A stretch of 64,000 nucleotides of DNA, taken from the NCBI GenBank assembly GCA_013239625.1, contig MU053652.1, positions 1,862,001-1,926,000 on the forward strand, read 5' to 3'. This DNA comes from Lama guanicoe. Taxonomy: Eukaryota. Of this stretch, positions 1 through 13,375 are shown piece by piece. A model generated the notes under the pieces. The model had not been told where the DNA came from. It made no database searches and saw nothing but the letters and a program-made list of their open reading frames with translations. The position numbers were made by a program, and so were the translations under genes. How positions within the stretch are numbered: the first letter of the stretch is position 1; each line of letters begins with the position of its first letter.

Positions 1-491
1 GCACTTAACAAGGGCTCAACAAATCCTAGCCTTTATTATCTTTAGTGTGATGGTCTGTTAGAAGGATGCCTGTAATTTATTGAAAAAAAAATTCCAACTA
101 TAATATTTTTACTTCCATCATTCATACACCCCTATCTCCTCCAGGACATATCAGGAACCTGGTTTGGTTTGTTTGTTTTGGTGCCCAAAATGGTGGCCTC
201 CGCAGGCCACACTCTTCGGTCAGCTACCTCCCAGCCTGAGTCTGAGCCCCTCAGCTGATCCCGCTGTGGAAAGGAGGTCACCACTCACACCTCAGGTGCC
301 TTCAGGGTGAGGGGAGAGGCCCCCGCAGGGAATCCTCCTCCCCTGCAGCCACTTTTAATCCATAAGACTTGGAGATAACACTCACTGTAGGGCATCTCAG
401 GATGGGAGCAGGACGCACCTGACGTGTGACGTGTACACAGAGCCTCCTGCCTGAATCTTGCCTCAGGACCACTGTAGATACCACTGTAATC

Positions 492-770
492 CAGGGTTCC
501 CCACATTTTATTCTCAGAACCAAAGTTTTGCAGGATATTAGAAAAAATAAAAACAAAAGCTTTCTTTGATCAAATGCATTTGGGGAAGTCTGAGTTAAGC
601 AGATACCTTGACTGGCATTTCTTAAACCATAAGTGTGCTAACGAGCATTGTAAATCTCCAAGCTAGGGGTGGGCGGCAAATTTAGGAGATTATGTCTCCC
701 AGATTCCTTTGACCACAGAATTCACTTTACCAGGAGCACCCTGAGCGGAACCTTCGTTGGGGAAGACTAC
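492..770. mobile_element. Probable non-autonomous hAT-type MER element
   Basis: Imperfect terminal inverted repeats (cagggttcccca ... tggggaagact) and MER-like internal sequence. Subfamily not determined. Confidence 0.4.
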
Positions 771-1469
771 ATTTTTATCTTTTCCCGGCTTTTCCCGTTT
801 CTCTCCCTTCTCACGAACTGGGCTCTCGGGCTCTAGGCCTGACCCTGGTCCCTCTTCTGTGCCGTTCCATCTCTAGGCCCAGGCTGAATTCTTGGTCTGA
901 ACTCTTCTGAGTTCAGGAAAGGAGGGTCCTTTTGATCTGAGCCTCAAGGTCACAGCTGGTCTTCAGGGTCAAGTTTCCTTCCTTCCCGCTCCCTGCCCCC
1001 ACCCCGGGTTCATTCGACTCAGCGCTCCCAAGGCTGTCTCTCCTCTATCCCACGTGCACAGAGGCCTCTTCAGCTCCGAGCTTAGCTTCCCCTGCCTTAA
1101 TCTGTAGTTCCTTGTCCTTCTCTGAAAGTCACCAATTTCACTAAAATTATTAAAGTTCTGCCTCTTGCCTGCTGTCACCTTTCAGACGTATGTACGATTC
1201 TTACCTGGGTTCCTGGATTACATCGTTTTGCATCTGCTCAGGTGGTTCTTAGCGTAGGAGCCATTGTTTAATCTGGTTTGATTATTGCATCTGTAACAAT
1301 CAAATGAACGCTGACAGCTCGATATTCCTCAGTTCACAGTGGTGTAGAGGAGACAGTTCATTTACATATCGTTTTGCTCCAGAACAGTGAAGACTAAACT
1401 CTCAAACATTTGGCACCCTTTTTGCTTCTCTAGGGTAGCAACTTTAAGCTGCATTTTGAGACTAGGTGG

Positions 1470-2832
1470 TGCTAGAGTGACCGGATGGGGCCAGGGAAGA
1501 AATGGTTAGAACACCTAGTTATTTTTCTGTTTAAAACAAGAACTTAGGCTTCACTCCTATGTAATATGCAGTGGATACTGGGTGTTCTTTTGCTGCCTTG
1601 GTCTGCATGTCAGCTGTCCATGTGTCAGGAAGGCGTGGAGGGACATGGGAAGGCCACATCTCCGGGTGGTAGACACTAGTGATCTTCCTGGCTGATTTAG
1701 CTTCACTACATGACAACAAATTTGCAATTTCTGTGCAACTGATGTTATCAATATTGTAAAAAGAAAAAAAACACAATCCCTTAAATACAATCTTTCCACT
1801 ATTTTGCAATGAGCTGGGAGGGAGCATGAAAACATTTTGTACAACCCAGAGGTTTTCTGGTTATAGAAATATAAAGATTTTTCTTTTAAAAGAACCAAAA
1901 TGTTCCACATTTGCTGACCTTTTCAGTTCTGACAAGCAGCTGTCAGAACTATGCCACTTTGCTGATAACTTTGAAAAATTAAACACTTCATCTGCCCCCT
2001 CAATATAAAGGTAGTGTGTTAACAATGAGTTGGAAAGTAACTACTTTCAGAAAGAATTCATGGCATGGAGAGACCATTTTGGAAGGGCGAGAAAAGGATA
2101 CTTGGAAATATTTTCACTTGTATGTGATTTGATAATGAGGAAATGTGACACTAAAAACTCGTATCTCAAAACTTTAAAAACTTGGAAATAGAATCTTCTA
2201 CCTCCCTAAAAATCTTCCAAATACTTTCAGAGAGTTTTGACCCATTTGTTAAAAAATATAAAACTTCAGCATCTTCCAATCAGTTGAAAGAACCCTGATT
2301 GACATCAGAGAAGATGGAAATCTACTACTAGCTGAATTTCAACAACAATCTTCGCATAATTGGTGCATGAAACTGAAAAAAATATATCGCTTGATTTAGT
2401 CAGCATAGCCAGCAATGGGCTTTTTTGCATCTCTGTGTCTCTGTGAGGTGTCTTTTTCTGTTATGACAGCCATTAAAGCAAACTATTGAAATAAATTGAA
2501 CCTTAGACCTCAAAACCTCATAATACTAAGTGCTAAACAAGGGTTTTCAAAAATAATGATGCCAATCATAACACATCAGCCTCATCATTATTAATAATTT
2601 TCATGGTGACAGTAAAATGTTTGTGTCATTCAATTAATAAAGGAAAATGAAAATTAAGATGGTATTTTATCTTTATCTTGCTTCATTCTTTCCTAATTTT
2701 GTGTATTTTTGATAATGTAATGATGTTAATAAGTAGAACATGTGTAGTCTTTATAAACAAATATCTGCCCTTTGTAGGTACATGCTCAAAAATTGTTTTT
2801 TACCATGGGGCGTGCAATCAAAATTCTTTAGA
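1470..2832 (+). mobile_element. Degenerate hAT-Charlie (Buster/ZBED5-like) DNA transposon with transposase remnants
   Basis: Frameshifted fragments resemble hAT transposase motifs: T/DGA near 1480-1492; EHENILYNPEVFWL at 1822-1863 (HTEVRWL-like); FADLFSSDKQLSELCHFADNFEKLN; LIDIREDGNLL; and LCLCEVSFSVMTAIKANY*NKLNL around 2433-2504 (dimerisation domain, catalytic E at 2445-2447). Boundaries are approximate. Confidence 0.8.
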
Positions 2833-3478
2833 ATTTGGCCAATGGAATGTGTAAATTTGCAGCTGCTTTATAAATTATTCTTAATCTCTGATTTTTCACT
2901 TTCCTGTTACCTTACAAAACCACCTCCCTTGTACCCAAGAGTTTGTTGTGCCAGCTCAGATGTCCACAGAGCCCCCTGTGTGTTGGTGCATTGGTGTGGG
3001 TAGAGTCATTGTGGTCAGTTTCCTTATTGCTGGATCATTTACCCAATGCCTTCTAGGTCTTTCTAGGGCCCAGATCTCTGAACAGCAGACGGAAAATCCC
3101 CTGTGGGATCAACAGTAAGGAATTTGAGATGGTGCCGTCAGATAGAAAATCTTCAGACCAGCAGGTAGCTTTACCATGGCTATGGCCATGAAAGCAAGTG
3201 GGAAACATTCTTGTATAAATATGGCCAGAATGACCATGGAGCTGGAGAACCATTGCGTGGACATAAATCTGTCCATCCAGAGTTAGCCTTTTCTCATCGT
3301 GTCTCCCAATCCCTACTCATTTCTCCATCCCCATTCTTTCCTCTGTCCTGTTTTTTGGCATTCCTCCCACTGGCGTCCTCACTTTTATCCCAGTCTCTTA
3401 TCTCACTCTTCCCCTCCACATAAACTTTCCACGTTACCCTTCTCTGGGGAGGGTGGGGGAGCCAGAATGGGGTCAGGC

Positions 3479-3739
3479 CAGTGTTTTTCAAACTGCTGGT
3501 CATGACACATTAGTGGGTCGAGAAATCAATTTAGTGGGTCACGAAATCAATTTAAAGGGTCATGACCAGAATTTTTTTTTTTAATGGAACAGAATAAAAT
3601 CGAATAGAACAGTGTCTGTCAAACATAGTAAGGATAAGTACTCTCTCTGTGAAACTACACATGTGCATGTCTGTGTGTGCCCTGGGTTGCAATGTAAAAT
3701 ATCTCTTGCCATGAGTCATGGTCAGAATGGTCACCACTG
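3479..3739 (+). mobile_element. MER112-like hAT-Charlie MITE
   Basis: Starts cagtgtttttcaaactg and ends ccactg. Contains an internal tandem tagtgggtc..gaaatcaattt unit and a gaata-rich middle. Confidence 0.7.
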
Positions 3740-4388
3740 GCCTAGGGGATAACGTCTTGTATACACTGGCAGTAAGTTGACTTCAGCTTTGAGCATCCAG
3801 CTCACGTCTCAAGCAGTGCTAATAACATCATCTGACCCTCCACTAGCTTTTAGGCCAGTGATTTCTCAGTTCCGACAATTTGGCTTCAACAGCTGTTTGT
3901 TGACAGTTTAGTGTGATAGCTGTGGGGTGGTGGGTAGGCTTTGGGCAGAGTAAGGCTAACTGGAATCAAGCCTTAGCTTGTGGAATCTGGACCTCTGAGT
4001 CTCTGTTTTCTCATTTGTATACCAGGTCAACATTTTCCAGCCTGTTATTTTGTTAAGGAACACACAGGGAATGAATGTATTTATAGAGCTCACTGGGGTG
4101 ATGGAGGTCCCCTCTTGACTAGAGGGGACCAGGCTCTGGGGCACAACTTCTCTAGTCATTTCCCGACTGCCCCCAGGGCTGAATGGATCAAAATGGTAGC
4201 ACACCTATGGCCCATCCACAGCATCAATGCTGTGGCGTGCCACCACTCAGTTGGGAAACACTGTCCGGATGACCACAGCATACAAATAGGCCTGGAAATC
4301 TTTGTCCCTGCCGCTCTTTGTGTAGGTCCCCATGCTGGAAACGTACAGATGTGCATGATGACATCAAGCTTCTGGAAGCTTACTATTT

Positions 4389-4467
4389 TTTTTTCCCCAC
4401 AAATTTTTTTTTATTTAGTTATAGTCAGTTTACAATGTTGTGTCAATTCCTGGTGTACAGCACATGC
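4389..4467 (-). mobile_element. Extremely 5'-truncated L1 3' end (~80 bp) with target-site duplication
   Basis: Poly-T plus ttatagtcagtttacaatgttgtgtcaattcctggtgtacagca (L1 3' terminus, antisense). Flanked by aagctta(c/t)tattt at 4376-4388 and 4468-4480. Confidence 0.75.
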
Positions 4468-5545
4468 AAGCTTATTATTTAGTGGTTGTCCTCACCACCT
4501 GCAGTGTGCAAGAGACATTACATGGTCCAGGGCCAGCGGAGTCATGGTCACCTTTCCTTTGCAGTGGCTTCTTTTGCCTGGAGCCTTGACACTTGAAAGT
4601 TTCTTTTCTTTCCGTGGGAACTGAACACAACCCCTGAACTTCTTAGTTATAATCATAAACCTGAGGCAAGCCAAGATGAGAGGGACAGACTCCAATGGCT
4701 CTCCAAATGCCAGATTCTGCGGCATTCACTGTGGGTAGTGAAGGGAATAAAACTAATTACTACCTTCCTAAAGAGCTGAGCATGGGTGTGTACACCCTTG
4801 CAAGTGGCCAGCAGAAATGCTTCTTGCAAACCATTCTCCCCATGCAGCTGCCTGCAAGTCTTTCTGCTAGAGCCTTTGCTGCCCGAGGACCCTTGCCTCG
4901 GGCCATTAGCGAGGAGGCTGGTCATTATTAACTAGTTGGCATTGACTGATGACACCAAGCTTTTTTTTTGGCTGCGCACAGGCTGGTGGCAGGCGCTTAG
5001 CTGACCCCTGGAATTTGGAGTTTATTCTGCCATGAAAACAAAGAAATAAATTAGAGCAATGAACAGAAGCCCCCATGGTTAGACACACTGGTTAGAACTA
5101 GCTCAACAACCTCTGCTGGGTCCCCTCCCCAAGGCCACACCCACCAAAATAATCCTGCCTCCCATCCCCTTCATTCTCACTCCCAGATTCCTGACACTCC
5201 TCTTCTAGACCAGTGAAGTTTGGAGATTCCTGTCCTATTTTTTTTGCCCTCTGGAGCTCAGTAACATGAAAAAAGATCATGTCTATGTAATATCTTGCTT
5301 ACTAGAGAAGATTCAGAAATTCTGGCTTTATTTAAGGGACTAATTCTTTAAAATATGCATATAAAACAGATTGTATGTTAGGAGTACCATGGAAATCTTT
5401 CTGCATAAAAAATAACTCTTTTAACACATTCAGCAGTCATTTACTTTGTCAGGTCATATTTGATGTTTTTTACAAGTAAGATGCACATGTTATTAAATGA
5501 TAGCCTTTCAACTCACTTCAAAAAGCACTTATTATTGACCTACTA

Positions 5546-5760
5546 GACAAATGGGCAAACTACAATTCAAATCTGATTGGCCACTGCTTTTGTAAATAAA
5601 GTTTTATTGGAACCCAGTCACACCCATTCATTTACATCTCATCTATGGCTGCTTTTACTACCACAGCAGAGTTGAGTAGTGGAGACAAGCCATATGGCCT
5701 CTCCAATGTCTGAAATATAAACTAGCTGGCCTTTTATAGACAATAGAGTGATTTCTCCTG
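5546..5760 (+). mobile_element. MER58A-like hAT-Charlie MITE
   Basis: Characteristic ttttgtaaataaagttttattggaac..cacacccattcatttac..tatggctgctttt..gcagagttgagtagt. Confidence 0.8.
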
Positions 5761-7269
5761 AACTACTACTTGTTAAGCCTCAAGGTCAGGGAGAAAAAAA
5801 GGTGGGTACAAAAGAAAGAAGTCTGCTAGGGTCCTTGTCTTCAGGGACCTTACAAATCCATGGGGGAGAAGAATCTTCTCTATAAAGCATAAACTGCCAA
5901 CAATTTCCAGTTTTCTGCTCAGCCACCCGGTGTGTGTCCTCACTCGAGGCATCTGCTTCCATCCTGCTGTCTCTCCAGGGTGCCCTGTGATCTCTCACCA
6001 GGGAAATTGTGTGCATGCTTCAAAGCCTACATCCCCCTTTGAGTTATCCTCACCCACAACCTCTGGACTGCGCACTCCTTGTTTGTCCCTACCTAGGAGA
6101 CCCGATTTGTACCATGCAGACTCTCAGTGAACACTTGGAGCGTTGAGATGGATCCTCACACTGATTTGGGAAGATAGGGGAAATCTACATGAAGTGCCTT
6201 TCTCTTTGCCAGTTTGAAAAAAATATCCCAGATGGAGCCTGGGCCAGCTCATGAGGTCTCCCTACATGGCATCTAAGGCCAAGACCTTGGCATTGGCTTT
6301 AAGCCAAGTGCTGAGAGGTCCCCAGATAATTAAACCGTGCTGGTGATTGTCTTCTAAACAAGTCACTGTCTCTGAAGAATATCTTTTGTACATTTTTTGT
6401 TGTATAGGAAAAAAAAGGGGCCCAATAACTTATTCCTCTCCTGCTTTCCCACTAGTGTCTCCTAAATCCCACCACCACACAAAAGGAATTTTTAAAAAAA
6501 TCAAAATGAGAACAATAATTTTATGTGACAGGATTATTTATATGGCTATTCTCCCCATGATGAATCCATTCAGGGGCTCAGTACCTCCCCCAGATACCAA
6601 TTCATAAATCAGGAAATGCTATTACCCACTGGCCATAAAAACAGAGCCCACCCCAACACAGAGGACTCATTTCAGAAGCAGCTGCCCCATTTCCAGGGCA
6701 GAAATGAGTTCAGAAAATCCACCTGGCTGTCCAGACAGAGGAGAAATGTCTTTTATTTGATAAATAATCAGTCTTTCCTTCCTCTCAATCCCTTCTCCCC
6801 TAGAAATGTGTAGAATTAATGGCACCGATATATGCCATTCCACAGAAATAATAACAGAGCTAACTAGATTGAAGTGGGGCAAAGGGCAAGAGTAAGGGTG
6901 GTGAGGAGCCTGCAGATTTCCAGGGAAACCTCTCCTATTAGCTGAAATGCAGTCCATGGACCAGCAGCTTGGAGACAGTTTAGTGGAAGTCCTCCTTTCT
7001 GGGCATTTCTCCTGTAAGCACCCGTCAAGGGCAGGAAGAGAACCAAGGAGAAGGGCTGGGAAGGAGGGAGTCACTGCAGAAAGGACTGGAGGGAGTAGTT
7101 GCTGGATTCGTTGGTGATCCCTCCAGTGTAATCACGGACTTCATTTTTATCTCAGTGGATATGTTTTGGGATGGGGAGGGGCCATAAAGAGAGTTCGAGG
7201 AAACAGAAGAAAGGAGAGAGAATGAGAAGGGAAGTGGCAGGAAGACTCTTCTGGGAGTACGGCCAAGGT

Positions 7270-8070
7270 CACTTGTCAAACAGTAAGGATACAGCAGTAG
7301 ACAAACAGATGGTGCCTGTGCATTTCTGGAGCTGGCATTCTACAGGGGTGGGGGTAAACAATAAACAAGTTGGCCATAGAAAATAAACTTATGGTTACCA
7401 AAGGGGGAAGGCAGTGGGGACGGATAAATTGGGAATTTGGGATTCACAGATACAAGCTACTATATATAAAATAGATAAACAACAAGGTCCTACTGTATAG
7501 CAGTAGGGAGGTATTCAATATCTTGTAGTAACTTATAATGGAAAAGAGTCTGAATATATATATGTTCATGTGTAACAGTCACTTTGCTGTACACCTGAAA
7601 TATTGTAGATCAACTATACTTTGATTTAAAAAAAATGGTTACCATGGTAAGCAATATGAATTTGCTGTATAATACAGGGAATTATATTTAATATCTTGTA
7701 ATAACCTATAATGGAAAGTAATATGGAGAGAGATAGATATAGATATGGACATAGATATAGATACAGATATATAACTGGAAAAACAAACAAGTCAGCAAAT
7801 AAGCAGCCAAGATAATTTTCTTCTGGTGGTAAGTGCCCTAATGGAAATAAAACAGAGTCACATGATAGAGAGGAGCTGGGACTAGCGATGGCAGGGGCTA
7901 GGTTTAGGCTAGGTGGCCCAGGAAGCTCTTTCCGAATAGATGACATGTGAGCTGGCCACTGATTATCGGTGGGGAGAACATTCTAGACAGAAGGAACAGC
8001 AAGTGCAAAGACCTGAGGCAGGATGTACCTGGTATATTCAAATAAGAGAAAGATAATCACCATGGAGAGA
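7270..8070 (-). mobile_element. L2 fragment split by the L1 insertion
   Basis: L2-like gatacagcagtagacaaacaga..gagctggcattcta upstream of the L1 and gaacattctagacagaaggaacagcaagtgcaaagacctgaggcagg downstream. Confidence 0.65.
7375..7781 (+). mobile_element. Cetartiodactyl-type L1 3' UTR composite inserted into an older L2
   Basis: aaacttatggttaccaaagggg..aacaaggtcctactgtatag..caactatact followed by an A-tail, then a second partial 3' UTR copy. Probable TSD at 7360-7374 and 7782-7796. Confidence 0.8.
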
Positions 8071-8414
8071 GAAGACAGGGGCAAACAGAAGCCCACGCTG
8101 ATGTGCAGGAGGCAACTCTGGGAACCTCCAACAGTGCTAGGGTAGTGCTAGCCCCAGGTGTCAGTGACTAACTTTGCTCTAATTCATCTAGTATAGCAAC
8201 AGTCAGGGAGTCGGGCAAAAAATGTAGAGGCCTCTTCTCTCCTTTTATAGCCTGGACTGGCCTTTGCTTGAACATCTCCTAGCACAGGAAAGAGATGCTC
8301 TTTGATGAAACAGCAACAATGATGAAAGCTAATAGTTACACACTGCTTAATGTTATCCTGGCAGTGTTTGGGGGTGGGGTTGTGTCTTGTACCAAGTATC
8401 ATCTTTTTAAAGCG

Positions 8415-9400
8415 TACAGCTATATGGTGGTGATGGAACAGTTCTGAATCCTGATTGCAGTGGTGGCTACATGAATCTATACATGTGATAAAATGGCAGA
8501 ACTATATATGCACTTTACAACAATGTCTTTTTTTTTATATTGATATTACAGTTTTGTAAGATGTAATCACTGGGGGAAACTAGATGAAAGATACATGGGA
8601 CCCCTCTGTACTATCTTTACAACTTCTCATGAGCCCACAATTATTTCAAAGAAAATTTAATTAAAAAGCAAAATCAAAATTTTTTAAATGTAAAAAGGAA
8701 GAGAAAAACAATTTGAATTGCACTACAGTAATCATTGTTGCAGAGAAGATCCACCATTGGATACAAAGATTAGTGGGCAAAAGTTGGAGGAGAAACAGGA
8801 TATTTGCATAGTCTCAAGATATTTATTCCAAATATTTATTAGCTACAAAGGGGAAAACAGTAAATTTACAGTGGAGAAACCACCTTAGCCAAGTGACCCA
8901 GATTAACATTGTTAGTAACAAGACATATCAGTATCATGAACTCCTTGATAAAATGCACTGAGAAGGACATAAGATCTCTTCTATAATATTCTTGCCCAAA
9001 ATGCATAAACCCACTCTGTGCAAATGCCTTGGACAAACCCAAAATAAAGGCATTCTACAAAATAACTGACCAGTATTCATGAAAAGTGTTGAAGTCATGA
9101 AGACAAGGAAAGATTGTTAAAAATTAGAGGTGACTAAGAAGATACAGTAACAATAAATTGGATGTGGGATCACAGAACAGAATAGGAAATTAAGTAGAAG
9201 AACTGGTGAAATTAGAATAAGACTTAGAGTTTAATTAGTCGTATTTTACCCATGTGCATTTCCTGGTTTTCAAAGATGTAACATGGTTACGTAAGCTTTT
9301 AACATTAGGGAAACCTGGGTGAAAGGGATGGGAAATCTTTGTACTATTTGTGCATCTTTTCTGTAAGTCTAAAACTAGTTCAAAATAAATAGTTCTTAAA
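8415..9400 (+). mobile_element. Old L1M (L1MC/MD-like) 3' fragments
   Basis: Two 3'-end pieces: ggtgatggaacagttctg..tctttacaacttctcatgag and gggaaacctgggtgaaagg..ctttgtactatttgtgcatc..ttcaaaataaa. Confidence 0.7.
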
Positions 9401-9409
9401 ATTGAAGAA

Positions 9410-10260
9410 AATGTACACAATAATGCAGTCAAAACTATAGTTCTAATATAGACATTCCACCTCCAAAAGTTCTTTCATGCTTCTTTGCAGTTGGTCCCCT
9501 CCCCCATCTCCAGCTCCTGAAATCACTGATCTTCAGTCTTTCACTATAGTTTTGCCTTTTCTAGAAGTTCATGTAAATGGAATTATGCAATATGTAGTCT
9601 TTTGTATCTGGCTTCTTTTACTTAACACAATATCTTTAAAATTCATCTATGTTGTTGCTCCTTTTTTACTGAGTAGTATTCTATGATGTGATTGCACCTC
9701 AGTTTACCCATTTACCTATTGAATGATATCTGAGTTGTCTCCAATTTGGGGTGATTATAAAGAAAGCTCCTATAAACATTCTCAAACAGGTTTTTATATG
9801 AGCATAAGTTTTCATTTCTCTTGGGTAAATACCTAAGAGAGGGGTTTCTAGGTTGTATTATAAGAAACTACTAAACTGTTTTCCAGGCTGGCTGCATTTT
9901 GCATTTTCACTAGCAAAGTCTGAGAGTCACAGTTGTCTTCTCCTATCCTCATTAACACTTAATATTATCTGGTTTTGGGAGTTTGGGTTTGTTTTGCAGG
10001 GGATGGTTTTGTTTATTTATTTTCCATTTACATAGGTATGTAAGGATATCTCATCATAGTTTTAATTTGCATTTTCTTACAGACTGATGTTGTTAAACAT
10101 TTTTTCATTTGCTTATTTGCCATCTATATATCTACATTGATGACGTGTCTGTTCAGATCTTTTGCCTTTAAAAAAATCGGAATATTTCTTTCCTTATTGT
10201 TGAGTTTTGAGAATTTTTGTATATTATGAAAACAAACCCTTTGTCAGACACATGATTTTG
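9410..10260 (-). mobile_element. Old L1M fragment (antisense)
   Basis: ttttgccttttctagaagttcatgtaaatggaattatgcaatatgtagtcttttgtatctggcttctttt..tttaatttgcattttc. Confidence 0.75.
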
Positions 10261-11371
10261 TGTCTTTGTGTCTTTGGCCCCTCTTAACAGAATAGCACAC
10301 CGAGGCACAGACGGGTTAAGCAACCTTCCCAAGATTACACAGTTCATGAAGGATGAAGATAGGATTCCATCTCAGCAGTCTATACCCTTAGCCATTCTCT
10401 TGTACTGCCTCTGTGGATTCTCACTGTTCTAGGTGGAGACAAAGTTGGATAATCAGCATGACCAGGCTTACTCCCTGGTAGCCCTTTCCACCTGAGGAAG
10501 TTTCAAAGTGACCCTGGAAGAGCCAATGGGAATCTTTTCAGTGGGGCCAGCTAGCAGCCCTGATGCCTTTACATGTAGAACTCCATTCCAGAACATTTAT
10601 CTATCAGTGGAGGATAAGCCTTGGCAGGCTTCTGGATTCCATAAGGATGATCACTCATTAAACTACATTAACCACATATAACAACCACTTCTTCAGAAAA
10701 TACAAGGGAAACTGTTTTCTAAAGATAGCCATTTCCTGGACTTATTTTAGTCTCCTCTACCTAGTAATTTTTATGGAGCCCAGCTTGGCAGTCCTAATTA
10801 GGTATTTCCTCAAGTGTTCAGAAAGTCAGAGCCTGTCGCGCATTCCTGCAGGGGCTGCAGAAGATGACAGACTCTTCTGCAACTTGCGGTTCTGCAGGTG
10901 GGACTCCTGGAACCCAGTGCCTTCCCTCATCTAAGATCTAGAACCTGCCTCTTATCTTTTGGGATCTCTGTGGCTAAGTGCAATCTAGAATTATAGAATT
11001 CTCTGTATTTTATATGTAAGGAAAAATAAGCCAGAAGTCATGGCTGTGGAGAGGAAACATATCCAAGGGGTCCTGGGTCCTTGGTCAGAGCCACAGTTAT
11101 CAGCTTCCCTGATGGGAGGTAATCATCTGCTTTCTCTCTCTTCTTTGCCTCTAAACCTGGATTATCATGCAGCATGATAATACCTCAGCAGAAAATTAAG
11201 TGTAGATTCTGTTACTCATTAACATAGCCTTTTATATATCCCAGAACCAAGGCCTCAGGTGAGAGGGAAAATTGAGAATTACACATTTGAGTTTAGTCAT
11301 TGACAAACCTAGATGCTGTTCTCAAAGCTAGAATAGCCTATGATGTGATTCTGGAGGCAAAGTGACAGAAG

Positions 11372-11373
<2 letters not shown>

Positions 11374-11405
<32 letters not shown>
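11374..11405. repeat. (GT)16 microsatellite
   Basis: Read directly. Confidence 0.95.
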
Positions 11406-11406
<1 letters not shown>

Positions 11407-11632
11407 CAAAAACAATGAGGCATGAATTAAAGAATGTCAACTGTGAGCTTAGTGTATTGTATTTCCCCTAATTTTAGGCCCAATGTCTCTCCTTTCAATA
11501 ATTCCAGAAACACAGACATCGCTTAGAGCAAGTGAGTTCTGCTCCCTGAAGATGTAGACTATGTGTGGATGATCTTACCCCTTCTACCCTTTGTACAACT
11601 TGATCATTTTATTATCACCCCATGCAGGTAAA

Positions 11633-12270
11633 TGCATTCATTCAGTCATTCATCAAACATTTGATGGGCACCTACCCAGTACTGCAAGGAATGAAATAAA
11701 AAACAGCCCTTCCTTCAAGAAGTTGATGATGTATTGCCAACTAGCATGTAAACACATAAATGACAATTCAGTGAGTTAAGTGTGACAACAGAAGTGACTA
11801 CATTGTAGAGAAGGAGCACAGAGAAGGGAGTGACAAAAGAGGACCTGAAGGAGGCCACACATAAGCTGAGTTTCCAGGATGAATAGGAGTTTGCTGAGAG
11901 AAAAAGGACATCCCAGGCAGAAGGAACAGTATTGCAAAGTGAAGAAAGACTTAGAAACATTATGATACCTTAAGGGAAGCTCCAGGGAGTCTAATGTTGT
12001 TGGAACGTAAGTACAATGGGAAATTGGTGAAAGCTGAAGAGTTGGGCAGAGATGAGATCATACTACATTCTAAGTACCAAACTAAAAAAACAAAACAAAA
12101 CAAAACTGGATTTTACTCCATAAACAATAGCAATTCATTGACATTATTCAAGCAGGGATGAGACAGTGAAAGACTTGAATGTCAAACAGATGATTCTGAT
12201 AGCAATATAGTGAACAAATTAAAAAATGGGAAATCCAGAGCTAGTGAGACCAAGTAAGAAGTTTTTGCTC
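11633..12270 (-). mobile_element. L2 3' region
   Basis: Antisense L2 tail tgcattcattcagtcattcatcaaacatttg, followed by L2 body (gaataggagtttgc..ccaggcagaaggaacag). Confidence 0.75.
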
Positions 12271-12271
12271 T

Positions 12272-12410
12272 TATCGTGCCAGGTACTTATTTAATTTAAT
12301 CTTCACAGCAGTGCTGCAAAGTAGTTATTTTTATTTTTATTTTACAGATGAGAAATTGAGAGGTTTGTGATTTACCTGAGGTCATCCAGCTGGTAAGAGG
12401 GTAAAGCTGT
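12272..12410 (-). mobile_element. MIR SINE
   Basis: Core ttttacagatgagaaattgag..tgatttacctgaggtcatccagctggtaag. Confidence 0.7.
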
Positions 12411-13375
12411 GATTATGATAGCTCCATCAGAATTAAGGGCTTGATTTAAGGCTATACAAAGCCATAGGTTTAAGGGATACTGAGGAGGTTAAACAGCCTT
12501 GGTGATAACAGCACGTAGGGGAGGCTGAAGGAGATAAAGGGGTTTAAGATGATTCCTGGGGTTCTTAGCCACCTAGCTCTCAGAAACTAGTTGTATGATG
12601 ATGCCATGGACTCAAATAAGAAATAAGAAGTACAGGAGGAAAGCCCTTCCAAACTTCCGTGTTTTTCCTCTCTTTGTAACAAGTGTCTTCTACCTATTCT
12701 CTGAATCCTACCCTCTTCAAATATACAAGGGATTTTCTGTCCACATTTTTTTATCTTCCATTTCTTCTTGTCATCTTATTCTTCCACCTTCATCAACTCA
12801 AGTTTTGCTTTTTTCCTTTTAACTACCATCCTGTTTCCTCCCTTTGCCACCAAATACTTTGAGTCTGTAGTTTAGACTTTCTTTTTTCATTTGTTCACTG
12901 CTAGTTCTTTCCTCAATCCTCGGAAATCTGGCTTTTCCAATGAAACTACTCTCTTAAAAAGGTAGCCTGTGATTGCCTCTTGACCAAATCCCATGGTCTC
13001 TGTTCAGTTCTCATCCTCTTTGACCTCTGCTTGATGGTTACATCCATCATTTCATGGCAGTGGTGTTGACCTTAACTTGGCTTCTTCATACATTGTAGAA
13101 CTCTGGTCATCATAAATCCAACATAGATTCTTTCACTATTTTAAAAGGAAGTTCAGAAATATACTTCTATGCCAAGTAGAAACCTCGGCCTTTGGAAACA
13201 TTTTTTTTTCCATAGCTTTCCCAAACAAACCAACTTGGGGATATTGTCAAGTATATTTCATTTTTTGTCCAAGTGAACAAGCTACATTTCTTCCCAGTGT
13301 ATTTATTTGATGTCTTTGGTAGCAGCATGAAGTTTATTGTGGTAGTCTTTGTTTTAAGACACCAAAATGGCTAAG

